Made by a program: the position numbers and the translations under genes
Notes under the pieces: generated by a model
Seen by the model: the letters and a program-made list of their open reading frames with translations, nothing else
Told to the model about the DNA's origin: nothing
Databases searched by the model: none
Shown: positions 19,613 through 32,239 of the stretch, in pieces
Layout: every line of letters starts with the position of its first letter
How positions within the stretch are numbered: the stretch's first letter is position 1
NCBI RefSeq assembly: GCF_009914755.1
Contig: NC_060948.1
Length of the DNA: 64,000 bases
DNA from: the human T2T-CHM13v2.0 reference genome, Homo sapiens
Direction: 5' to 3' (one strand)

Positions 19613-20680
19613 GTGTTACCAGACCAAAGAGAAATGTTATCCAAAACCCTCATGAGAGAAGTTCTTTCTCATTTGCATCAAGGGACTCACCGGGGACCTC
19701 AAGCTATGGATGATGCAGCCCTCAGGGTTCATGGATGTACAGGAATTTATACTTTAGCAAGACAATTTACAAATAGCTGCCTGGTACGTAAAAAGACTAA
19801 TAAGCAGACCCTCAGAAAACTATCTCCTGGAAGGAGAAATCCAGGATTAAGTCTGTTCCAAAGTGTCCAATATGATTACACTGAAATGCCCCCAATCGGC
19901 CACTTAAAATATTTATTAATGATAGTAGATCGCCTTCCTCATTGAGCAGAAGCTATTCCCTTTTCAAATGCAACTGCTAATAATGTAGTCAAGGCATTAG
20001 TTGAAAATATTATACCCAGGTTTGGATTAATAGAAAATATCAATTCAGATAATGGGACTCATTTCACTGCTTATGTCACTAAAAAACTAGCACAAATACT
20101 AGATATAACCTGGAACTGCCATACCCCCTGGGACCTACCTTCAACAGGACAAGTAGAAAGAATGAACTACACTTTCAAAAACTGCCTAACTAAATCAGTC
20201 CTAAAAACTCAGTTGCCATGGACTACATGCCTCCCCCTCACCATGTTAAAAATCTGAACTGTCCCGCAGAAAGATACTGGCTTAACCCCTTATGAAATGC
20301 TGTATGGGTTCCCTTATTTACACTCCATTGCTGACATCCCTATGTTCAAAATGGAAGATCAGTTCCTCAAAAACTATATACTTGGTATATCCCCCACTTT
20401 CTCTTCCCTTAGGACCAAAGGCCTCTTAGCACAGATGCCACCCAGTTCACCACACCAGCCCAGAGACTATGTTCTCTTCAAAGGTTAGAAAGATGGGAAG
20501 CTCGATCCCACCTAGGAAGGACAGTATTTGGTGCTTCTAATGACCAAGTTAGCTGTCCATACTGCTAAAAGGGGATGGATTCATCACACTAGGATCAAAA
20601 GAACACGACGCCCTCCAGAATCATGGACAATTATTCCAGGGCCAACTCCAACCAAGTTAAAGTTAAAACAGGTTTGATCT
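19613..20680 (+). pseudogene. Disrupted retroviral integrase
   Basis: HLHQGTHRG zinc-finger half, FQSVQYDYTEMPP core start, SDNGTHF motif at ~20045 and PYEMLYG. Interrupted by stops. Confidence 0.85.
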
Positions 20681-20682
20681 TC

Positions 20683-22562
20683 TTATGTTATATTTCTTTA
20701 TCTTCCCCTGCTATTGCTAGTCCTCTCCTTATTAACGTAACCAGGTCAAGTTGACCCCAAACTATTACCTTTGATGCTTGTCTTATTATACCCTGTGAAG
20801 ATCTCCAAAGTCAAAGGCAACTCTTAGCCTCACAGAAGTATCTCTTCCCCTTTAAGACAAAAGGCTCTCCCTCTCAAGACCCTTGTTCCTTAACAAATGC
20901 AGGAAAACATATCTGCAATAGGGAAAATGAAATTATGTGAACAACCAAATATCAAGACTGGACCTCATCAACAGATGGTTGTATGTCTTTAAAACCATAC
21001 ATTCACTTTGCTAAAGGAAGCACCCCACCCCCAATTGCCAGTATAACTAATCTAATCCAGTGCAAATTTCTGTCTTACTCCCACTTCTCCTACTTAAGTC
21101 ACTTATACAGCATGGGAGCTGAAATGTCAGGGACATATCTTAATGGATCTTTCAAGATATATTATATTACTCCTTCGCCTCCTACACTTCCTTCTACACT
21201 ATCCCCCAAGGAAACTAGTATTCTTCCTCTACATAATGATAAAATCAAAGTGGCTATTGTAGAACTTAAGGATTTAAAACAAACTGTAGCCTTTGAAATA
21301 GGATATCAAGATGCAAATGATTGGTTGGAATGGATTAAATATTCCGTTTGAACTCTAAACAAAAGCTATTGTTATGCTTGTGCATACCGTAGACCAGAGG
21401 CGCAGGTCATCCCCTCTCCACTGGGATGGTCATCCAGCTGACCAGGCATGTAGCTCTTTTCCAAGATCCCACAGCCTAGGGCAATAAATCCTGCCAAAGT
21501 CTCTCTCTGCTACTCCATGAAGTCCAACACCCTGTGGGTCAGCCCCCAAGGGCCATTCAGCCTCCGTCTTCTGACACCAATTTTACCTCATGTCTCTCAC
21601 AACAAGGGGTAAATTTGGCATTTCTTGGAAACCTAAAGGGTTCCAGTGAAACTACAGCCCTTCCAAGAGCCTACCAATCAGTCTGCCCTTGTTCATCCTT
21701 GAGCAGCTATATGGTGATATTGTGGTGGACCCTTACTGGACACTCTGCAAGTAACTGGAGTGGCACTTGTGCCCTAGTCCAATTGGCCATCCCTTTCACC
21801 CTAGCATACTGTCAACATGATAAAAAAAAAAATTGTAAAAGAAGAAATGCCCCTCATGGATCTTTTGACTCTCTTGTTTATATAGATGCTATTGGAATCT
21901 CATGAGGGGTACCAAATGAATTTAATGCCTGAAATCAAATAGCTGCAGGATTTGAATCTGTGCTGTTTTTGATGGTCAACTCTAAACAAAAATGTAGATT
22001 GGATAAATTACATTTATTATCATCAGCAAAGTTTTGTCAATTACACAAGACATGCCATCAAAGAGACTGCTAAACAATTAGGCCTCACCAGCTAAATGGC
22101 CTGGGAAAATAGAATGGCCCTTGACATGATGTTAGCCAAAAAAAGGGGAGTCTGTGTCATGACTGGAGTCCAACATTGTACCTTTATTCCTAATAACACA
22201 GTCACCAATGGGACAACTACAAAACTTTGCAGGGCCTGACCTCCTCTTTATTCAATGAGTTGGCAAATAATTCTGGAACAAATGACCCCTCTACAAGTTT
22301 AATGGAAACATGGTTTGGGTAATGGAAAGAATTAATGTCCTTAATATGTACTTGTCTTGCAATTGTTGTAGGTGTCATTATTCTTGTTGGATGCTGTATC
22401 ATACGATGCATTCATGGATTAGTACAAAGACTCATAGAGACAGCAATTACCAAAACCTCTCTTATCGCTCCTCTACCTTATTCAGATAAGCTTTTCCTTT
22501 TAGAAAACCAAGCAGAACAGCAAAGCCAAGACATGGTAAAAAGGTTGGAAGAGGAATTATAA
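20683..22562 (+). pseudogene. Disrupted retroviral env
   Basis: WSGTCALVQLAIPFTL, furin-like CKRR, immunosuppressive-like WENRMALDMMLAKKGGVCV at ~22100, and a hydrophobic TM in ORF 22335-22562. Confidence 0.85.
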
Positions 22563-24199
22563 AAATTAAGAGAGGGAAATTGTTAGGTATAGTAAGTTCC
22601 TCTTCAAAGAGTCATCTCGTTCTACTTTCTTGTTCTTTGTTTTCTATTTTTTTGTTCTTTGTTTTCTATTTTCGAAGCCTAGCTTTCTCATACTTTGTGC
22701 TTGTTTGTCCCTAGTTAATGGTAAACAACCTTCCCACCAGTTCTAAAAAATAATTGACATCTCTTCCCTTGGTTACCTGCTCTGCAGCTATTCTTCCCTC
22801 CAAAATGTCCTGCCATTGTAAACCACACCACCTTCCCTTCCTTATTTTGTAAAGTATTCACAAATAGCCAATAGGGTCAGCTTAGATTGTGTGGTCCAAC
22901 CCCAGCCCAGGGGGGAGTGACACAGAGGCACAGACTGCGGGAGGGATAAAAGCCCTTTCCCTCCATTGTTTGGTATGTTCTTGCGATCATGACTGATACA
23001 GGCAGCAGCCCTCTGCAGAGGTAAATTGCCTTGCTGAGAAAACTTTTTGCCTAAGTACTAGTTCTATTTTGTGGTCAAGCACTTGTTTCTAACATCATCT
23101 TTATGTGTGTTTGTATATGTGGTGAAATAACTCAGAAGGAATTGCTGAAGTACAGCAGGCCTAACTCAGAGAGCCCTCCATATTTGTCTGGTTATATTCA
23201 GCGAGCCTTGAAGAAAGTTCAACAGCCTGTCTTTGGGTGACTATCTGCTCTTTACCTTTCCCAGAGACCCCATCATAAATTTTCACTCTGAAACCATCCT
23301 TCCCCACCTGGAGTAGATCAAAGACAACAAGTACCAAGGGGAAAAAGTTTGAGCTTTGCCAGGTTGATATTGGGTGCTGAACGAAGTGGCTAGTGTCTGT
23401 TTTGTTATGTGTGTTTTGCTGGGATAAAAAAAAAAATGTTAATTCAGTTCTCCACACAGCCTGTTGGGCAGCATCTTGCAAATTAAGAATTTTGCCTATG
23501 GTTCCATAAAATAGAAAAAGTTCCTTTTCTCTTGTAAAGTGGCTTGAACCTCACAGCTATGGCACAAGCAACAGGGTCATCAGAAGCTGCCCTGTTCTTC
23601 TGGAAACTGCAGAGAAAGGGAAACTGGAAATCTGGTATGCCAGCAAAAAGGGTAAGAAATTCTTACCAGCCAAGTTTCTGTACTTTCTCTCTGTCTATCT
23701 GTGTTATGGTAAATATCACTATTCATCTCTCTTCAAGGGTCTGATCAATAGAAAAATGATTTATAAGATTCGTCTTAGTGTATAGCAAATGTAGTGTACT
23801 TTGTGCTGAAAATTTGTCTTTCTGTGTTCTGTAATGGGGAGAGGCATATCATGGAATGAAATGTGGATTTAGCATCCCTATAAGCCTGCTTTTTAAGCCA
23901 GTTCAGCAGGCTGATCAGGTACAAACTTTGCTATGGGTCCCTGAAACCAATATTGTATGAAATTTCTCTATCTTGTTTTGTCTCCTTAAGAGCTTAAACT
24001 TGTGACCCTGTGGGGATACTTTAATTTCCACCATCCAGAGGACAGGAATTTCCACCATCCAGAGGACAGGAATTTTGGGGCCCATGTGATAACACTAATT
24101 TTTTTCCCCTAAGCAGTTAAAAAGCCTTTGCAAGCTTGAAATTGGCTTCTCTAGGTTCCTAGGAAGAGCAGTAGAAACTGTTCAATGCTACAGCATTCA

Positions 24200-25918
24200 T
24201 TTACGAATCAGTAGCAATCCTAAGGAAAAAGAACAAATCTGGAGCCTTTGCATTGCTGGACTATAGGTACCAAAACAGTACAATACTGGTATAAAAATTG
24301 GCATGCAGATTAATGGAATACAAGAGAAACACAGAAATAAAGCCAAATATGTACTGCAAACTGATCTTCAGCAAAATGTACAATAACATAGTTTGGGGAA
24401 TGAATATCCTACGTAATAAATGGTGATGGGAGGCCAGGCGCGGTGGCTTATGACTGTATTCCCAGCACTTTGGGAGGCAGAGGCGGGTGGATCATGAGGT
24501 CAGGAGATCGAGACCATCCTGGCTAACAAGGTGAAACCCCGTCTCTACTGAAAATGTAAAAAATTAGCCAGGCGTGGTGGCAGGCAACTGTAGTCCCAGT
24601 TACTCAGGAGGCTGAGGCAGGAGAATGACGTGAACCCAGGAAGTGGAGCTTGCAGTAAGCTGAGATCACACCACTGCACTCTAGCCTGGGTAGCAGAGCA
24701 AGAAGCCACATGTAGAAGAATGAAACTGGATCTGTATCTCCCAACTAATATGAAAATAAACACAAGATAGATGAAATACTTAAATCTAAGACCAGAAACT
24801 ATAAAAATTCTCGGGACAATGTTGGAAAAACTCTTCTAGACATTAACCTAGACAAAGAATGTATGACTAAGATCCCAAAACCAAACGCAAAAAGAATGAA
24901 GTAAACAAAATGGTTCTAATTAAACTATAAATCTTCTGCATGGTAAAAGAAATAATCAGCAAACATCCCATAGGAGAAAATGTTTGCAGGCTACCTATCT
25001 AACAGTAAGAGTATCCAAAATCAACAAGGAACTCAAACAAATCAGTAAGAAAAAAGCAAATACTCCCATCAAAATGTGGGCAAAGTACATGAACAGACAT
25101 TTCTCAAAAGAAGAAACATAAATGGCCAACAAATATTAATGTACAAAAAAATGTTCAACATACCTAATCATCAGAGAAACACAAATTAAAACCACAATGA
25201 GATACCACCTTACTCCTGCAAGAATGACCATTATTGAAAAGCCAACAAACAATAGGTATTGGCATGGATGGGGGAAAAGGCAACACTTATACTTTGCCAA
25301 AGGGAATGTAAATTAGTACAACCTCTATGGAAAGCAGTGTGGAGATTCCTTAAGGAAACAGAAGTAGAACTAACATTTGATCTAGCAATCACACTATTAT
25401 CTGTCTACCCAAAGAAAAAAGAAGTTGTTATATAAAAACAACATTTGCACATGTATGTTTATAGCAGCATAATTCACACTTGCAAAGATCAGAGATCAAC
25501 ATATATGCTACCCATTGACTGATGCCTGGATAAAGAAAATATGGTGTGTATACACAATGGAATACTATTCAGCCATAAAAAGGAACAAAATAATGTCTTT
25601 CACAGCAACTTGGAGCTGAAGGCCATTATTCTAAGTGAAATAACACAGGAGTGAAAAACCAAAAACTGTATGTTGTCACTTACATGTGGGAGTTAAGCTA
25701 TGAGTACAGAAGTCATGCAGAGTGATACAGTGAACTTGAGATGCAGAAGGTAAAGAGTGAGATGGGGCCAGTGATAAAAGAACCACACATTAGGTACTAT
25801 ATATACTACTCAAGTAACAGATGCACTAAAATCTCAGAATTCATCACTATATTATTCACCCATGTAACAAAAAAAACACTTGTAACCCCAAAAGCTATTG
25901 AAATAAAAAGTTTTAAAT
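24200..25918 (+). mobile_element. Old L1 (L1PB-like) 3' ORF2 and 3' UTR
   Basis: ACCACAATGAGATACCAC and GGAATACTATTCAGCCATAAAAAGGAAC. Terminal CCCCAAAAGCTATTGAAATAAAAA. Confidence 0.88.
24432..24703 (+). mobile_element. AluY-like element lacking its A-tail
   Basis: Diagnostic ACCATCCTGGCTAAC and GGAGCTTGCAG. Ends at GAGCAAGA and runs straight into L1 AGCCACATG. Confidence 0.9.
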
Positions 25919-26027
25919 AACAGAAATTAAGCCACCAAGGAAATTTGTCAACTTAAAAAAAATGTAACAACATGTTTTAGGATCACATAGGACACAGACA
26001 GTTCAACATTTTCCTTTCCTCAACAGT

Positions 26028-26033
26028 TTTATT
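26028..26033 (-). terminator. Candidate polyadenylation signal of BCORP1
   Basis: AATAAA on the minus strand about 1.1 kb after the stop, or about 0.8 kb excluding the Alu, similar to the recalled BCOR 3' UTR length. Confidence 0.55.
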
Positions 26034-26182
26034 GCATCTTCAGAAAATTTCTGTAAAAGTGTTACAGAAGCATAAATCTAACAAAGTTGAAAGAAATTAT
26101 AAGCACAGAATTAAAATATTTACATTTTCAAGCAAACTCAACTGTCCTTAATTTTCAATATTTTATAGTGAACAGAAAAACA

Positions 26183-26540
26183 GGCTGGGCATGGCTGCTC
26201 ATGTCTGTAATCCCAGCACTTTGGGAGGTAGAGGCAGGCGGATCACTTGAGCCCAGGTGGTTTAGAACAGCCTGGGCAACATGGCTAAACACTGTCTCTA
26301 CAAAAAAAAAAAAAAAAAAAAAAATTAACGAAGCATGTTTACACAGGCCTATAGTCCTAGCTTCTCCAGAGGCTGATTGTGGGAGGACCACTGAGCCCAG
26401 GGATGTAGAGGCTGCAGTGAGTTCTGACTGTGCCTCTGCACTCCAGCCTGGATAACAGTGAGACATTGCCTCAAAAAAAAAAAAAAAGAAAGAAAGAAAG
26501 AAAGAAAAGAAAAAAGGAGAAGAAGAAGGAGGAGGAGGAA
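26183..26540 (+). mobile_element. AluJ in the BCORP1 3' UTR (antisense to the gene), with A/(GAAA)n/(GGA)n tail
   Basis: GGATCACTTGAGCCCAGG and GGCTGCAGTGAG; long central A-run. Confidence 0.92.
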
Positions 26541-27151
26541 AATAAATTAAAGTTTCTTCATTAGAAGATCATAAAATATTTGAGATTGGTTCATAGAAAC
26601 TAATTTACAACCTTTAAGTTAGGTTATAAATCTCATACAATTAGTTGTGTTTCAGTGTAATTTTAAGTTGAAATATACCCAATAGCATATACCTGGCATA
26701 AGAAGATACGCAGCAAACAAAACAAAGAAGTTACAATATCAAATGCTTTTACCAAATTTATTCTCCCAAACACTCAATTTTGATGACATTATTTATAAAT
26801 GTCAATGATCTCTGTCATCAGAGCTTTGTGTGGAAAAAAGTCAATAGGTAGGTAGGTGAGGCTCTTTTTCCTCATTATATTTTCCTTTTAAAAGACGTTC
26901 CAAATGAAAACAAATTTATTCAAAGCAGTTTCTATACATTGAAAATTAAAGAAACATTTCAGCAATTTCATAACAAAAGTTTAAAATAAAAAGACATCTT
27001 TCTAAATCTTCTAGCTAGAGGGTTTATCTTATATAAAGCTGAAATATTTTCATATGTAATAATGTCCCTCCTCCACAGAAGTAGTTGTACTTTGATAAAT
27101 ATAAACAAGGATGAACACTAGAACACACAGTATACAGTGGGATTTGACTTC

Positions 27152-27446
27152 TCATCAGTGGTCCTTCTCCAAGGCCACATCCCTGGGATTTAAGCATTCC
27201 AGAGAGGAGCCAAGGAGAATCTGGAGTTCATTTGTACATTCTAGTAAATCTAGTAGTTTGTTGCTTTCCAGATTGAAGGCTTCCAAGTCTTTGGAGGAAG
27301 AGAACAAGATACTTGCTGAAACCTGTCTGTAAAACTCTGCCTCTGCAATTGGGACAATTTTCAGATGTGGAAAACTCCAGCGAAATATGCAGGATGACAT
27401 TTTCACTTTCTTAAGTACATCTGAAAGCAATAACCAGTTTTGTGGT
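27152..27446 (-). pseudogene. BCORP1: BCOR exon 15 equivalent (PUFD C-terminus), coding part
   Basis: Acceptor TGCAG, then [21 protein letters not shown]...[13 protein letters not shown]...DH*. The terminal Trp codon is now TGA, directly followed by the original TGA. Confidence 0.95.
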
Positions 27447-28009
27447 CTGCAAAATAAAAAGAAAAGGTAGTCCCAATTTCTGGCAAAAATAAAATTTCCC
27501 CCAACCATTAATTATCATATTGAAAAAGCTACCTTATAGGCATAACAGGAGTCACTTACTTTCACTTCAACACCCCTGCCATTTCTCACCATGCCCACTC
27601 ATAGACCAACATTCTTCTTTCAAGGTAAGGGTAAGTACCTACTTCTGATGAGGGTAACTCTGGATTCATCTGGTTATCAGACATTTGTAGAAGAACAAAC
27701 TGAATTATATAAAGCAAGGGAAACACCTTAGTGAGATTTATTATAACAGTTCCTCCACTGCTCTCATTGCTGATGAAAAAATTAAACTCCTGTTGACTCA
27801 GCTCTCACCATAATTTGGGTAATGACTCTTAATATGTCTCACTAGGCTTACTGAGATAAGTGAGTCTGTACCCCAACCCAAAAGGATGACTATAAACACC
27901 TCTTTGATCTTCCCTCTCCCCCAAGTCCATTCCTTTCACACACTCTGCAACACAACTTTACTATTTCTATTTATAATAAACTTCTAATCAAAACCACAAT
28001 ATTATCTTC

Positions 28010-28790
28010 TCTTAGTTAGGATGCCTATTATCAAAAGACAAAAATATGTTGGTGAGAATGCAGAGAAAAGAGAATGTGTCTATGCTGTTGGTGAATTCCT
28101 CAAAAATGAAAAATAAAATTAACATGTGATTCCGCAATCTCATGGCTAGGTATATATCCCAAAGAAATCAAATCAGTATATCAGTAAGGTATCTGCACTC
28201 TCATGTCTACTGCAGCACTATTCACAATAGCCATGATATGGAATCAACCTAAGTGTCCATCAACAGACAAGTGGATTTTAAAATGGAATATATTTACATA
28301 ATGGAGTGCTAGTCCACCACAAAATGACTTGAATCTTGATATTTGCAACACAGGTGGACTTGGAGGTCATTCTATTAAATGAAATAAACCAGGCACAGAA
28401 AGTTCTACCTATAGGTAGGAAATAAAAAATGTTAACCTCATAGAGGTATGGAGTAGAAGGGTGAGTACTAGAAGCTAGGCAGTGTAGGTGGGAGAGGGAA
28501 TTAAGAGGAGATGATTAAATGGCTATTAAAATACAGTTAGAGAGAAGGAATAACATCCAGTATTTGATAGCACAGTAGGAAAATTATAGTTAACTATAAT
28601 GTATAGTCTGTTTCTAGAAGAGAAGGTTTTAATATTTCTAATACAAAGACATAATACATGTTTGAAGTGATGGGTATCCCAAGTGCCCTCATTTGATGCT
28701 TACATATTGTATGCATGTATCAAAATATCACATGAACCCTCAAATGTAAGAATCCATGGCATACTAACAAAAAATAAAGTGAAATAAAAC
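28010..28790 (+). mobile_element. L1MA-like 3' fragment
   Basis: GCAGCACTATTCACAATAGCC, GAATCAACCTAAGTGTCCATCAACAGA and GTATCAAAATATCACATG. Confidence 0.85.
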
Positions 28791-29173
28791 TGTCACTGTT
28801 TACAATGGAATACACATAACTCCAGAGCCTGAGGATACTATTGTTTACTAAGCACCAATGTTAAAATGTTAACAAAGTTCTCTTGATAAGATATTGGTCA
28901 CCAGGGCACAGTGGCTCACAAATAGTGTAAGACTGTATCTTACTAAATATGACCATACACAAAGATCTCGAGTGACACTGATGATTTTCCTAATTCTACA
29001 TGAGAAGGGAGATTAACGGCTTTGTACAGTACACATTATATTCCCAAGAAGCCCTTGTAATGATCTGTTGAAGGATTCCTAGGACTCCTTCCCAAAGAAT
29101 TTAGTAAAAGAAACTTCTGTGCTTTGGGTTCTGGGGCCTTACTTACATTGGTGGTGTTCTGATGAGGATAATT

Positions 29174-29313
29174 TATACTATACTGTACTGTACTATACTA
29201 TACTATACTATACTATACTATACTATACTATACTATACCATACTATACCATACTATACTATACTATACCATACCATACTATACTATACTATACCATACTA
29301 TACTATACTATAC
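29174..29313 (+). repeat. Y-STR DYS452, 28 pentanucleotide units
   Basis: (TATAC)2(TGTAC)2(TATAC)9(CATAC)(TATAC)(CATAC)(TATAC)3(CATAC)2(TATAC)3(CATAC)(TATAC)3 matches the recalled DYS452 structure. The flanks GTGGTGTTCTGATGAGGATAAT and AACCTATTTGCTACATCATGTAAA match the recalled primer sites. Confidence 0.92.
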
Positions 29314-29490
29314 AACCAATTAATTAGCTGAGTATAATAAATCTTTAAAAAAAACCTATTTGCTACATCATGTAAAACTCTTGGGCATTTAGCACCCACT
29401 CACCCTCATCTACTTAAAAAGAGCTTTAAGTCCTGCTACTACCCACAAATCAGCTCAGCTAATTTTCAGTGACATAGCAGCCATGCTCAC

Positions 29491-29646
29491 CCCTGCAAAG
29501 ATGAAACTTGAATGTTTTAACAAGGTAAGAGGGGGTATCTGAAAATTTAAATTCAAACACATCACTGCAAGCCTCATTGTCATCATCCTGGTCCTCTGGT
29601 CCTGGGGGGTCTGCCAAAACATTGGATTCCCCTCCATTATCTGGTT
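29491..29646 (-). pseudogene. BCORP1: BCOR exon 14 equivalent, frameshifted
   Basis: TTAG/...[28 protein letters not shown].../GTGAGC. 156 bp versus recalled 157: one C lost in a C-run at ~29531-29535, plus TAT>TAA in the ancestral frame. Confidence 0.92.
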
Positions 29647-29855
29647 CTAATGGAGAAAAGAAACAGACAAAGATGTTAGCAATAGCAGGATTTCAGCTGT
29701 CATCCAATGAAGAACTCTAAATAAAAATATAAAAATAGATTCTTTTCCAACAGAGTCTGTTTTATAGCATGCACAACCTATCCCCCGTCAACCACACCAA
29801 AGAAAAATGTCCTCTTCCTATTTTCCACTCAACTAAAAACAATAATATTGCTCAC

Positions 29856-29933
29856 CACAGACAGAGCTGCCGTAGAACTCCCAAGAGCTATTCAGCTTAC
29901 TGTCACTGCAACCCTGTAGGTCATTTAAGTAAT
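29856..29933 (-). pseudogene. BCORP1: BCOR exon 13 equivalent
   Basis: CCAG/(D)[31 protein letters not shown]. 78 bp, open. Confidence 0.93.
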
Positions 29934-30525
29934 CTGGAGAGAGAGGGGAAAAAAAAGATCAACTTTTTAAAAAATGTTAAAATTAGTAATTCCAGCAAAG
30001 TTGCAGGATACTAAATCAACACACACAAAAAAACCAGTTACATTCCATACTAGTGTATGGAAGTAATCCATTTCCATACTGGTGTATAGAAATGTAGTCT
30101 AGTAATGCCTGGGGCTTGCATGATTAGTTCTTCACTCACTGAGCTACATAGACTATTCTAAATAACCTCTTCTGTGGGAAGTTTGAGGTTTCCATTATCC
30201 AGAATCAAGATGTAAAAATGTGAGTCATTATTTGTTTAAAAATGCTTGGTAGGAAATCCAAATAATTTGGGGAAATCTTTTACAGCATTAGGGTAAAAAT
30301 AGATCAAAGGAAATATAGAATCAACGGCTAATCACCAAAATAATTAGCTTCACTAGACTACTATATTCCACAATACAGAAAAGCCACATTGCTGCTGTTT
30401 TAAAGTCTCAAGCTTTTTAATTTGTACCTAGTAAAACTCAAATCTCAATAACCTGGTCTCCCTCTAATATTTGAATAAAGAACATATCTTGAACTTTGTT
30501 ATTCCTGTTCCGTAAAGTGACCCAC

Positions 30526-30671
30526 CTGTTAGAAACATTTCCATAACTTTGCTGTGGGTCATTTTCATAATGGTTCTGCCTGAGTAGGTGGCCAAAGTGG
30601 GGCCAGCGCCATAGGAAAGGAGGAGGCGGACAATTTCCAAACAATCATTTTCAACTGCACCATGGAGAGGC
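30526..30671 (-). pseudogene. BCORP1: BCOR exon 12 equivalent (ankyrin repeat)
   Basis: [58 protein letters not shown]. 146 bp, open. Confidence 0.95.
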
Positions 30672-32197
30672 CTAGTAAGAGATGTGCGGTGGGATTAAAC
30701 TCATGCACACTTGCTCATTTCTTGACTTTTCTTTAACAATAGGCAAAATTGGATACATGTGTACCATGTAAGCCTCGTAGACACAATATTCAACTCATGA
30801 GGAATGTAACTGCCATGTACAGATAGTGAAATTGAGACACAGTTACTGACCCATGATCAAATGACAAATTATTGTTATTATACACTTAATCCTTTTAACA
30901 GGACTCATGAAGGGACTATTTCAGCACTAACTCTCAAATGAAAAATCTATCTTAATCTGAGGCCTGAAAAACTGAAGACAGAATAAGTATTTAAAAAGTT
31001 TTGAAGGAAGTATGGACAGGATGTAAAAAGATAACTCAAAAAAAAGTTTACCATTATGAAACCTAATACAACAAACAACTGTTAAACAATTTAAAAAATG
31101 ACTGTTTGTTTATATAAAGAACCTGGGTGCAAAGATAAATGGTGAGTTTAGACTCTCCTAAAAGCCTGCCCTGGCACCTTTCACAGATCTGTGATCAAAC
31201 TTGTGGCTCAGAACCAGAGTTGTCAGGATCAGGATGAGATCTGAAAAAGTACAAAGTTCTCCCACCCATGTCTATTGGAAGGTGGAACACTGCCCACAGT
31301 GCCCTCCTGATGGAATGCTGTTTGGAATCTGTGAAAAAACAAAATACGTTTTAGGTTTTTTTTTCTTTTTTTTTTTAACTATTAGCAAACCCTAATACCC
31401 AACCCTCAAGCAGCCACCACATTTACACCACCAGAGGATTCCACAACTGACAAATCTTGGTTTCTCACCAATAAACTAAGGTCAAAGGCAGGATGAAGGC
31501 CAGATCTGGGGATGTGGATGGTGATAACAGGTCCTTCTGAACCAGCTGTGGGATATTTGTACTCTCAGGACTTAAAACTCAAATATACATTTTGAATATA
31601 GTCACAATAAAGAGTCCAGAGTCTTATAAGGCAGTATCACTAATTATTTGTCACTAATTATTGACATTTTCAGGGGCTTTTGCCCCTGGGAACATTAAAG
31701 AACAGTCCAACATTCCATGCTCTCACCACTTACCAACTGAGGGAAAGATATAAACATACATATACAGGAATAGGAAGAAATAAGGCTCCAAATGCTATCC
31801 AATGGACAAGAAAAGCCCTGAAAGTGAAGGCTGAAGGCAATGAGGAGTTTGAGCTTGGTCTCACTGGGAGACCATACATGAGGTATGAAGAAAGATTGTG
31901 AAGCTTCACAAGACCTCATGAAGCAGAAAACTTCTTCAGTTGGGCGATGAAGAAAAGTGCCAATTCAAGGAAAAAGTGATCAAAATAATAATATCACTAC
32001 CCTATCCCAACCAAATGCTATTTGTATTCTTACTTTTGAGTACAAGAATGACTTGGTCACTGACTTTTGGAAAGAAAAAAAATTAAAAAGAAAATTAGAG
32101 AAAAAATGGTTGTTTTTTTTGAAAACAACACTACTATAAAACCACAACAAGAAAACTAACGTGACCCTAACACTGAAATAAACCATATCTGGTGCAG

Positions 32198-32202
<5 letters not shown>

Positions 32203-32238
<36 letters not shown>
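32203..32238 (+). repeat. (CA)18 microsatellite
   Basis: Direct count. Confidence 0.95.

Positions 32239-32239
<1 letters not shown>

Larger units (their letters stand above)
17696..23094 (+). mobile_element. HERV-I/HERVIP10-type provirus with LTR10-family LTRs and a large gag-pol deletion
   Basis: LTRs at 17696-18185 and 22581-23094 (TGTTAGGTA...TTTCTAACA). Perfect TSD TCAT (17692-17695 / 23095-23098). Pro-type PBS TGGGGGCTC at ~18189 and PPT at 22561-22580. gag start ATGGGAAATACC at ~18809. Confidence 0.9.
14243..24190 (+). mobile_element. HUERS-P1-like internal leader, split by two younger proviruses (own segments 14243-14705, 17306-17695, 23099-~24190)
   Basis: The repeated leader motif TCTGTAGCCCCATGGTGGGGTGTC is present on both sides of the 14706-17305 insertion. 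The sequence resumes after the TCAT TSD at 23095. Confidence 0.65.

Noticed and set aside
20683-22562. Domesticated env (syncytin-like) gene
   Set aside because: Fragmented by multiple stops and frameshifts; the longest piece is about 123 aa.
29119-29331. 68-70-aa Tyr/Thr/Ile/Leu repeat ORF
   Set aside because: It is the translation of the DYS452 pentanucleotide array.
31420-31475. Possible exon 11 remnant (GAGAAACCAAGATTTGTC on the minus strand)
   Set aside because: Only about 15 bp of resemblance, with no extendable peptide match or splice sites; consistent with chance.
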